DNA of 32,444 bases from a virus. Lineage: Duplodnaviria > Caudoviricetes. Where the stretch lies: the IMG/VR virus record IMGVR_UViG_3300032218_001589, positions 1 through 32,444 of that record; one strand, 5' to 3'. Of the stretch, positions 6,940 through 14,900 are shown one piece after another (position 1 is the stretch's first letter; each line of letters begins with the position of its first letter). A program made the translations under genes and the position numbers. The notes beneath the pieces are model-generated. The model did not search any database. It was not told the origin of the DNA and saw nothing but the letters and a program-made list of their open reading frames with translations.

Positions 6940-7874
6940 AATTGACTTAAAATTTGACGTGATTCTTTGCGTGTGACCAGTTTTTCATCAATCAAACCCA
7001 GTTTGCGCGCTTTTGATGCTGAAATCGGGCCATGAGCAGTGATAAGATCTTCAAGACTAAGCCCGCTTTTCAATTGCGCTGCGGCGTCAAGCGTTTCGCT
7101 TGTCCTTGGTTTTTGAAGTCGCCATCCGGGAACTCGATGCCCCTTTTCCAATAATTCTCTCGCCCGATCTTTAGCGGCCTCTCGGAATTCGTCAAACACC
7201 TTTGCTCTTGATAAAAATGCTCCAAGTTTGTCAGGATCATTAAGCACCGCCGCAAAGTTTGGTGCTTCAGTTGTTGCTAACGCTAACCGTTGAGCTTCTA
7301 GCCTTGGGTGACATTCCAAAGATTTAGCGCACCATCCGCAGTACTGATTAGGGGTTGGTGGATTGCCAAAGTTACTGAGTGCTGTAGACACAATTTGTTC
7401 GGCCTCATCGTATGTAAACTCGTGTTTAACAACTTCCTGCTGATCCGCAAAAAGAAGGTATGCTGTCCACTGCTTTCTTCCTAAGAGGTACATGCACCCC
7501 AAAGAATATGCTGCCATTTGCTCTTTGTACCCGTGCATCTGGCCGGTTTTTAAATCAGCAAGCCATTCTCCAGACAAATTAACAGCGTCCATTGTTCCTA
7601 TTTCTTGTAGAAGCGGAACAAAGATTTTGCAGCTTAGTTCATCTGTTAAAGTCCTGTTTGATCCAAGGATTGCCAATTGCTTTACTGCCCAAAATGCAAC
7701 TTGAACTTCTTCTTGATCTGAATTTTCAGGAATATTGCCTGTTTCAAACATTGTCCGAAATAGTGCATCAATTCTACTGCCACGCGCTACTGCTTCTGAT
7801 TCTCCTGGCGCGCTTTCAAAACTTCCACAAAGCGCTAATTTAGGAAGCGCTGATGGCCGAATTTTTGTTTTCAT
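6936..7874 (-). CDS. Cas4-like PD-(D/E)XK exonuclease (DUF2800-like)
   Basis: IRPS..C, GTMD, DLKTG, QMAAY and CGWC...C (four Fe-S-type cysteines); C-terminal VPGWRL. Confidence 0.85.
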   Translation of the reverse strand: MKTKIRPSALPKLALCGSFESAPGESEAVARGSRIDALFRTMFETGNIPENSDQEEVQVAFWAVKQLAILGSNRTLTDELSCKIFVPLLQEIGTMDAVNLSGEWLADLKTGQMHGYKEQMAAYSLGCMYLLGRKQWTAYLLFADQQEVVKHEFTYDEAEQIVSTALSNFGNPPTPNQYCGWCAKSLECHPRLEAQRLALATTEAPNFAAVLNDPDKLGAFLSRAKVFDEFREAAKDRARELLEKGHRVPGWRLQKPRTSETLDAAAQLKSGLSLEDLITAHGPISASKARKLGLIDEKLVTRKESRQILSQL

Positions 7875-8445
7875 AGTAATACTTTCTTGCTCTTTCTGCT
7901 TTTCGTTTCAGTTGTTCAGGAGTCAATTTGCTTGGGGGCCTTAATGTTTTTGCGACCAGTCCTAATTTTTGCCGTTCTAAATAACGTGCTTTTGCCGCTT
8001 TTACTGCCGCTTTTCTTTCTTCACACGTTATTTTGGGACGTTGTTTATAAGGAAGTCCCGTGCTTCTACTTTTTCGAGTAGCCCGCCTTTGTGATAAACG
8101 TGCTTCTTTTTGTTCGGGCGTTTCTTTTGCACGCATTTCGCGCATCCGTTGATTGTGCCGCATTCGAGCTGCCTCTTCTCGCATTTTAATTTTTGCGGGA
8201 TCTGGCGCACGTTTAACCTCTGGCGCTGAATTCCAGCTGATTTCACTTCTTTGGGCAGTTTCAACTTTTCGCGAATAAACCGCTGATCCGTGTCCATAAC
8301 GAAATCCTGAATTTAAATTTCGTTTTTTTTCCCATGCACAAAGAGCTTTATGCACAGAAGAATGAAAGTCGCCCGAAAAACCACCTTCGGCTTGGGAAGG
8401 CAATGCTGATTGAAATTCTAGCGTTCTTTGCGCTGGCATTCTCAT
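7840..8445 (-). CDS. highly basic hypothetical protein (201 aa)
   Basis: K/R-rich helical repeats (TPEQKEAR, TPEQLKRK); ATGA-coupled. Confidence 0.65.
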   Translation of the reverse strand: MRMPAQRTLEFQSALPSQAEGGFSGDFHSSVHKALCAWEKKRNLNSGFRYGHGSAVYSRKVETAQRSEISWNSAPEVKRAPDPAKIKMREEAARMRHNQRMREMRAKETPEQKEARLSQRRATRKSRSTGLPYKQRPKITCEERKAAVKAAKARYLERQKLGLVAKTLRPPSKLTPEQLKRKAERARKYYYENKNSAISAS

Positions 8446-8720
8446 TTGCGAGCCTCCAATGCTGCTAAAATTACCAGTATTCCAGTCGGCATCGTTAATG
8501 CCGCCAAAATACCCGCCTCAAGAGGCGAGTCTGCAAAGTGAGCCAATGCTGCACCGTCTGCCAACAAAAGGCAGACTCCAAAAAACATCCAGGCTGCCGC
8601 CGAATGTCGACGCCTATTTTGGGGAACATGTAACGGGATGCGGATTGTATCTGCGCCAACGTCATTCTGAACGGGGCGGCTGGAATAGTGTGAAGTACTC
8701 ATATGTTTTGATTTCGTCAT
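8442..8720 (-). CDS. small two-TM membrane protein
   Basis: Two hydrophobic stretches. The start may instead be 8702 (MSTSHY), since the 8720 ATG lies in a CGTCA-GGG/CCC-TGACG hairpin. Confidence 0.6.
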   Translation of the reverse strand: MTKSKHMSTSHYSSRPVQNDVGADTIRIPLHVPQNRRRHSAAAWMFFGVCLLLADGAALAHFADSPLEAGILAALTMPTGILVILAALEARK

Positions 8721-8745
8721 GGGTTAATTCCCTTTGACGGCGACG

Positions 8746-8775
8746 ACTAAAGCACAGCCGAAAAAGCTCTGTAAA
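8746..8775 (-). promoter_or_regulatory. putative early promoter for the replication operon
   Basis: TTTACA (8775-8770), 18-nt spacer, TG-n-TTTAGT (8751-8746), with an upstream A-tract. Confidence 0.4.
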
Positions 8776-8812
8776 TACTTTTTTCAAAGTTTTTTTCCGA
8801 TACCATGCTTGC

Positions 8813-8983
8813 ATGACCCGAAAACCCAAAACGCCCAGACTGGATCGACTTAAACGATTTGCGGAAGTCTTTGCAATTGCGGGTCTTATACAAGGCGCAT
8901 TAAATGGAATATGCTTTGCGCTGCAAATTCCAGTCACCTTCAGTTTTTACGAAATTGCCCTTGTATGGCTTTTTTGCAATTAA
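8813..8983 (+). CDS. small membrane protein (56 aa), the only plus-strand gene (not in ORF track)
   Basis: MTRKPKTPRLDRLKRFAEVFAIAGLIQGALNGICFALQIPVTFSFYEIALVWLFCN exactly fills the gap. Its TAA overlaps the convergent stop, and TACCAT lies 6 nt before the ATG. Confidence 0.6.
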   Translation: MTRKPKTPRLDRLKRFAEVFAIAGLIQGALNGICFALQIPVTFSFYEIALVWLFCN

Positions 8984-9225
8984 TCTTCGCTATCATCATC
9001 ACTGTCAACGTCTTGCATTGGAATATGTTGCGCCTCCCATTCGTCTAGAAACACTTCCATCTGTTTGGCGATAGCAAACATGTTACCCACTCCGCCGTGA
9101 TAACTTTTGGTGCTTTCTGGATCATCAACTTGCGCAAATATTTGCACCACGTCGAAATGTTCGCCAAGTTCATTCACGATCCGTCGCAAAAAGTCTTTGG
9201 GTGTCTCTCCAGGTAATGGGTTCAT
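8980..9225 (-). CDS. hypothetical protein with acidic tail (81 aa)
   Basis: Start MNPLPGE with ATGA overlap; LGEHFDVVQIF...GNMFA; ends DVDSDDDSED. Confidence 0.7.
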   Translation of the reverse strand: MNPLPGETPKDFLRRIVNELGEHFDVVQIFAQVDDPESTKSYHGGVGNMFAIAKQMEVFLDEWEAQHIPMQDVDSDDDSED

Positions 9226-9467
9226 AGTTTGTAGTGGATCAAGACAACGACTCTTCCGTCGCTTCGGTTTGCTGCAAATTTTCTGCATTCAACTTTTTTT
9301 TCATGCAGGAAACGTTCAATAGTCTGGCGGCTTCTCCCTGTTCTTTGGCACAAATCCTTGATTGTAAACCAACCTTCGGGAGCAAAGGGCACTGACAAGT
9401 GATCGATCAATTGTTGCATCAGACTGGAAGTCTGAACGTCTTGTTTTTTGTTTCTTTGGCTAGCCAT
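9222..9467 (-). CDS. winged-HTH-like DNA-binding protein (81 aa)
   Basis: GWFTIKDLCQRTGRSRQTIERFL followed by a beta-hairpin-like C-terminus. Confidence 0.6.
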   Translation of the reverse strand: MASQRNKKQDVQTSSLMQQLIDHLSVPFAPEGWFTIKDLCQRTGRSRQTIERFLHEKKVECRKFAANRSDGRVVVLIHYKL

Positions 9468-10165
9468 ATAATAGTCTCGTTGTCCGTATATTCGCCCCAA
9501 GCAAAACCCCTGCTCCAGCTCGTTGTGGCTCTCCTTTGAGCCGCATATCCCATATCTTCAGTGCGTCCCAGCCACCCAACACAATAGCCTGTGGGATGCG
9601 CTCTATTGCGCCCTTCGGCTTGAGTGACTCGATGCAGATGAGCAATTACCACTTTGTTCGAGGTACCTGAGCAAACCGCTTCGGCATGATCTCTGACGGC
9701 GGCTTCATTAATCATGTACCCGTGCCCAAACAGAGCGTCCCCATATTGCCTCCAACCCTCTTGAAAAGAATACGGAACCACTTCACACTTGAACTCTTTC
9801 GCGCGATCAAGAATCTGCTGGTAAATGCGGCAGGCAAGTGCGGACACAATGGCTCTGGGAGACTCCATTAGAGATGTGAGACGCGCCTCGTGGTTTCCCA
9901 GCAAATAAAGCTGGGGGCGAAAACGAGAAATAAATGCCAGTCCGTCAGATAAATCTCCCTCTGGGTCAGCGGCATCATCTTTGGTGCCTATGGCCCCGGC
10001 GCGAAGACATGCCAAATCAATAGCGTCCCCAAGATGAATCCGAGTGTGAGGCTTATAGCGTTCTTCGAATGCCAAAACCTGAGATAATAATCCTTGATCG
10101 GCAAGATGACCGTGAGTGCATCCTACCGCCATGAACCGCTTCCATTTGCGGGTGATATTTGCCAT
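9419..10165 (-). CDS. calcineurin-like metallophosphoesterase
   Basis: Motifs GCTHG, LGDAID, GNHE, GHG and AHLH. Confidence 0.85.
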   Translation of the reverse strand: MANITRKWKRFMAVGCTHGHLADQGLLSQVLAFEERYKPHTRIHLGDAIDLACLRAGAIGTKDDAADPEGDLSDGLAFISRFRPQLYLLGNHEARLTSLMESPRAIVSALACRIYQQILDRAKEFKCEVVPYSFQEGWRQYGDALFGHGYMINEAAVRDHAEAVCSGTSNKVVIAHLHRVTQAEGRNRAHPTGYCVGWLGRTEDMGYAAQRRATTSWSRGFAWGEYTDNETIIWLAKETKNKTFRLPV

Positions 10166-10168
10166 GCA

Positions 10169-10711
10169 CTAGTAAAGTTCGCACTCTTTCCTTAAATCAT
10201 CGACTCGAATTACCCAGCCTTTTAAGAACCTTGAAAGTTGAGGTTTATTTCTTGCAAGCTGACAATAAAAGGCCTCGCGTTGATCGCAAATATCTTTGGC
10301 GAGAATCTTTGCTCCTAGTTTATCAAGAGTGTCACTAAGTGCTCTTTTAGTTGCAGGCCCCCATGCGCCATCATCAGAAACTTGAACAGATCTTTGCAAA
10401 AACTTCACAGCTTGACCTGCACCCATGTTTACACACGCATCAAAGTGAACCAAAGACAAAGGCCAGGGCATTTCGCCGCAATGATTCTTATCCCAGTATA
10501 AGCGTTGATAAATGCTGGTTGCCTCTTCAAGTGTTAGTTTATCAATGTCGATATTAGGATGAGATGTTTGATCGATTCCATATTTTGTTAATCCACCGGG
10601 ATCGGCATCTTCGTCTTCGAGCACTGCCCATTTCAAATCGCCATAATGTCCTTTGGCATAAACAGTCTCATGCTCAAGGACAAATTTAACCGCTTGCTCA
10701 AAATCTTTCAT
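10169..10711 (-). CDS. endolysin, glycoside hydrolase family 108 with C-terminal PG-binding_3-like region
   Basis: HE...DPGGLTKYGI...IYQRLYW...FDACVNMG...LQR...DGAWGPAT...FLKGWVIR. Confidence 0.9.
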   Translation of the reverse strand: MKDFEQAVKFVLEHETVYAKGHYGDLKWAVLEDEDADPGGLTKYGIDQTSHPNIDIDKLTLEEATSIYQRLYWDKNHCGEMPWPLSLVHFDACVNMGAGQAVKFLQRSVQVSDDGAWGPATKRALSDTLDKLGAKILAKDICDQREAFYCQLARNKPQLSRFLKGWVIRVDDLRKECELY

Positions 10712-11064
10712 GCAAGAGTGAGACGATATGCCAAGTGATTTACTTCGCCCAAAATGTCATCTCGAATAGCAAGCAAATCGGTAGCGCTTTTGATTTCGCG
10801 ATCCATTCCCGTGAGATACAAACGAAATTCATTTAGCAGTGATGTCACAGTGGCCTCATCTATAAGCGCTCGAATGGAAAGCGTCACGCCGGCCAATGCC
10901 TCACGTCCATAACGTCCAAAATACACTTCCACAAAATCATCAATTTTATCAGAAATTGCCTCATAAGCGTCTCCAAAAGCATTGTGTTGCGCAAAACTTT
11001 TGGTCATCCAATGCCAAGTTTTTAGCTGAGATTGAAATTGAAGAAGCGGTTGGACAACATTCAT
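10708..11064 (-). CDS. ferritin/Dps-like protein (DUF5856-like)
   Basis: WHW.T.SFAQH.AF..AY...IDDFVE.Y.G.YG and RDDILGEVN...Y.LTL. Confidence 0.8.
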   Translation of the reverse strand: MNVVQPLLQFQSQLKTWHWMTKSFAQHNAFGDAYEAISDKIDDFVEVYFGRYGREALAGVTLSIRALIDEATVTSLLNEFRLYLTGMDREIKSATDLLAIRDDILGEVNHLAYRLTLA

Positions 11065-11252
11065 TTGCGGATATCTTTAATGGTTTGAACAATCTTTAAC
11101 AACGTGTAAATAAGCGCGGCCACAAGGCCAATGACACGGATCCACTGCTCAAAGTCGCCGAGAGACACAATCAAAGAAGCCGCCGTGATCGCGTTCACTT
11201 TGACAATGTCATCGAGTTTGGCGTCGAGGCTTGCGAGGAACGTGCGAATCAT
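11061..11252 (-). CDS. small membrane protein, holin-like (63 aa)
   Basis: Start MIRTFL; two hydrophobic segments and a basic C-terminus; in the lysis cassette. Confidence 0.6.
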   Translation of the reverse strand: MIRTFLASLDAKLDDIVKVNAITAASLIVSLGDFEQWIRVIGLVAALIYTLLKIVQTIKDIRK

Positions 11253-11406
11253 GGATTGGTTTCTTTCGTTTGGCTTTGAATTTGCCAATAATTGTGGGTC
11301 CATATGCGCCAACTGTAAATCCCAAAGCACCAGCAATAAAGATCCAAACTGATGGAGCAATAAGACTTAACAGTTGGACAAATATCATGGCGGCTTTTGA
11401 AATCAT
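11209..11406 (-). CDS. small membrane protein (65 aa)
   Basis: Hydrophobic N-terminal half and very basic tail; ATGA-coupled. Confidence 0.55.
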   Translation of the reverse strand: MISKAAMIFVQLLSLIAPSVWIFIAGALGFTVGAYGPTIIGKFKAKRKKPIHDSHVPRKPRRQTR

Positions 11407-11648
11407 CGGTTTTGCATTTGTTTAAGCGCGGCAATCGCGTTTAACGCGTCATTCTCTGCCGCCTGATAACGAGCGGCAGAATGCCACACTTCACTTGTTT
11501 GGGCCTGATACGTTTGCTTCGGAGACAGGCGCAGAATCCCCTCTGGAGGGTACAATGCCCGAGGAACTGAGGAGACGTGCGCGCAGGACATCTGCGCGAG
11601 CGTCGTTGCCACTAGAACGTGCCTTGAGAATCTCGTTTTGGACATCAT
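11403..11648 (-). CDS. putative o-spanin (Rz1-like lipoprotein)
   Basis: Basic N-terminus, hydrophobic stretch and lipobox-like AQMS-C. Overlaps the upstream gene in another frame. Confidence 0.55.
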   Translation of the reverse strand: MMSKTRFSRHVLVATTLAQMSCAHVSSVPRALYPPEGILRLSPKQTYQAQTSEVWHSAARYQAAENDALNAIAALKQMQNR

Positions 11649-11751
11649 CACAATAATTGGATATATCGCGCTCCAATTCCCAGCGCGCGCGAATACTTTT
11701 AATGTTAAAGTACGCCTCAAGGATTTTGAGGAGGGACAGTAGGAGCGGCAT
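11491..11751 (-). CDS. putative i-spanin (Rz-like)
   Basis: Short N-terminal hydrophobic stretch followed by a helical region; overlaps the lipoprotein gene. Confidence 0.45.
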   Translation of the reverse strand: MPLLLSLLKILEAYFNIKSIRARWELERDISNYCDDVQNEILKARSSGNDARADVLRARLLSSSGIVPSRGDSAPVSEANVSGPNK

Positions 11752-11938
11752 TTGTAGTGTGTTTCTTTTCAGACATTAGTACCCCGGCCAAAGCGGCCAC
11801 GGCTGCCAATGTATGTGCTACGGCCTGAAAGGCAGCATCGGAGACATGCAACCCAAGACCGCCCAGCAAAAGCGAAAGCGAGGCGTAGGTTGAAGGTTCC
11901 TGAAGGCGTGCGATGAGGAATGTGACAATGGAGTTCAT
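11717..11938 (-). CDS. putative holin
   Basis: RLQEPSTY motif followed by two TM segments; first gene after the fibres. Confidence 0.7.
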   Translation of the reverse strand: MNSIVTFLIARLQEPSTYASLSLLLGGLGLHVSDAAFQAVAHTLAAVAALAGVLMSEKKHTTNAAPTVPPQNP

Positions 11939-11942
11939 AAAC

Positions 11943-14900
11943 TTAGAATGTTGCTAAAGCTGCTTTGCGCCAAGTATTTGTTGCGACACAAACATAAATG
12001 CTGGTGGAATCGTAAGCCACTTGACCTGCGGTGCCTGTGCTTGTGGCGGTTGCTGGAGCAGGGATAAATGCCGCTTGCTGACTTCTGACAGCTCCCGCTG
12101 TCGTATTGTACATGAATGTGCCATCCCATTCAACCTGATGTGCAACCGCAGTTGTGTTCAAGCCAGAGCCCGACCCACCAAACTTAAATGGTGCAGATCC
12201 AGTTGGACTATTTGCAGCAAAGTTTTGAAGTCCCGTAAATGTGTTTGAGGCTAAAACTGCATTTGATGCTCGTGCGGAAACAGTTGTTGTTACGCTAAGA
12301 CCATCAATTCCGATTGTTGTAGTTCCAGTTAAAATACCAACTTGAGGCTGCACCGAAATAACTGATCCAGAGAAAACAGTGCCGTACTGAACATAAAACA
12401 TCATTTGCGATGCCAAATTTCCAGAAAACCAACTGGGTCTGGCAAATGTGTACGATGTGGTATTATTCGTAATAACCCAAGGGCCACGCAATGCTGATAC
12501 AACCTGAGCTGTTAAAACGACAATATCTCCAGTGACAGGGGTGCGACCATCAATTGTTGGTGCACTTGTGCTAGTCCAAGCAGTATTTGTGGCGTAAATT
12601 GTTCCACTAGTAGGGCCTCCAGATGCAGAAGCAATCACACTAAGCGTTAATGTGCCAGACGTTCCAGGAGCGCCTGTTCCAGTATCAATTGATTTAACAA
12701 CAGCCGCAGTGGTGCCCGCATTTGAGAAACTCATCCCAATTGCAAGCTGAATGCTTGGATTTGAATAAGAAACAGAAGCTGATCCAGAAGTGGTCGTCAA
12801 TGTTACTGTTCCGCTTCCATTAATCGGAACAGCAGTGTCATATCGCAACTGAACTGTTTGAATTCCGCCCATTGCCATTTTGGCATCTGCGGAATTTGAT
12901 GCACCAGTTCCTCCATTCGCAATGGCAACAACTCCAGTGACGTTAGATGCAGTGCCGGTAATGCTGCCGCTAGGAACAACATAGTCAGTTCCTGCGGTTG
13001 CCGCTGACAAAGCGGAAGTTCCACTGCCTTTAATTAGGCCCGTGAGCGTTGTTGCTCCAGTCCCCCCATTTCCAACAGTAAGCGTCCCGGTGACATCTGT
13101 ACCTAGCGCCAACTGCGAAAGTGAGGTGTTTGTTCCATCTGAACGCAACACACGATTGGCTGTTTGAGTGCCGACTAATGCGTTTAGCCCAGCCTGCGCA
13201 CTTGTTTGTCCCGTGCCGCCATTAGCGATTGGCAAGGCCCCAGTAACATCTGTAGTAAGTGCAACCTGAGAAAGCGTTGTGTTTGTTCCGTTTGAGCGAA
13301 GCACTCGGTTTGCGGTCTGAGTGCCTGCTAGTGCATTAAGAGCAGCTTGTTGAGTTGATTGCCCTGTGCCTCCGCGCGCAAGAGGCAATACGCCTGAATA
13401 ATTAGTTCCTGTCAGCGAAGGGAGTTGAGTTGTATCAAGCGTAGTTTGTAAATAACCAAGAGTGGCTGGTACTGCACCAACAGAAGCGCGATATGCGTAA
13501 ATTAAATCCGTGCCAACGGAAATGTCATATGGCAACGGGAGTACAGTGCTGCCACTTAGGATGTACCCATTAATGTTGATAATATTGCCTTGATACGTTC
13601 CGAAACGCACCATTGCAGCTTGAGGCTTGACTGATCCGCTGAACCATGTTGGCCGCTCAAACACTGCGCCTGTAGCGTTTATAGATAAACCAGAAACGCC
13701 AAGTGAACTGTTGGAGGTTGTGCCAGCAATCGTCAAAGTATTTCCGGGAATATTGACGTCAGTAATTATCAACCCCGCTGATCCCGTGAAAGATGTTGGT
13801 CCCACACAACTCATTCCAACCTGAATGCTGGAAATATTGTTTGAGGTCACATAAATGTACCTCGATCCAACACTCCAAGTTGCCGTAAAGATCCCTGACA
13901 ACTGAGTGCCATCTGAGACAAGTTGCCAAGGACCATCCTGAGTGCCATCCGCTTGGTACGACAGAACCGCAGTATCATTGGCTGCAATAGCATAGCCATA
14001 GCCACCAAATGAGTATTGCCCTAAAGGACCGCTGGCAGTAAGCGTCAACGTGTTAGGAGTGACGCCCGTGTTCATTGTGGCAGGATATGTCTCCTGATAA
14101 ACAAACGTCTCGACGTTATTCAGCCCGCCGCCAGTTGCCGCAATGTTTGCGGTCGACAATGCAGTAACACGGCCTTTGTCATCAACAGTGACAACGGGAA
14201 CTACGGTTGAACTACCTTGCGGCCCGCTTGGAAGCCCGCTAATTGACGCGAGTTGACTCGTTGACAATGTGCCTGCGCCTGTGAGTTGGGGGACTCCATT
14301 TGCGGTTGCAGAGGTTGTCAACGAACTAGTGGCGACTGCGCCAATTCCCGAGGGAGTAATCTGAGCAATCTGCGAAGTGGTTAGGGGAGGAATTTGTGAA
14401 GTCGCGAGTTTTCCTGCTCCATCAAGCTGCGCAACGCCGTTAAGCGCACCAAGTTGAGATGTATTTACCTTTGCATCAAGTGCTGATCCAAGCCCAGTGA
14501 TTTGCCCGGTTGTGATTGTGGGCAACTGATTTGTTGCCAAACGCGATTGCGCATCAAGAGTCGCAAATCCGTTGGCCGATCCAAATCCGCTCACTTGAGA
14601 CGTTCCAATTGTCGGGAGCTGAGAAGTTGTCAGTTTAGATCCCGAATCAAGCGTTGCAACGCCCGAGGCGGCACCTTTTTGAGACAAGAGCACATAAGCA
14701 GCAAGCTGAGTCGTTGTGACTGCGCCTGCCACCTTTGAAACCGCAATAGCAGCAGCCGCATCTACGTCAGCATTAACAAGCAAAGATGCCGGAGACTGAA
14801 AAACGCCATTGATTACCTTAACTAAACCCGATCCGCCTACGCTGGGAAGGGTTGTATGCAGATGCGTAGGCTTAGAATCTCCAAAATTAAGAGTAATTGT

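Noticed and set aside
6936-7874. Cas4-like nuclease as a sign of a CRISPR system
   Set aside because: No repeat-spacer array or other cas genes were seen; stand-alone Cas4-like nucleases are common in phage replication modules.
8662-8937. 91-aa minus-strand ORF across the divergent region
   Set aside because: Runs through promoter-like sequence and opposes a more protein-like plus-strand ORF.
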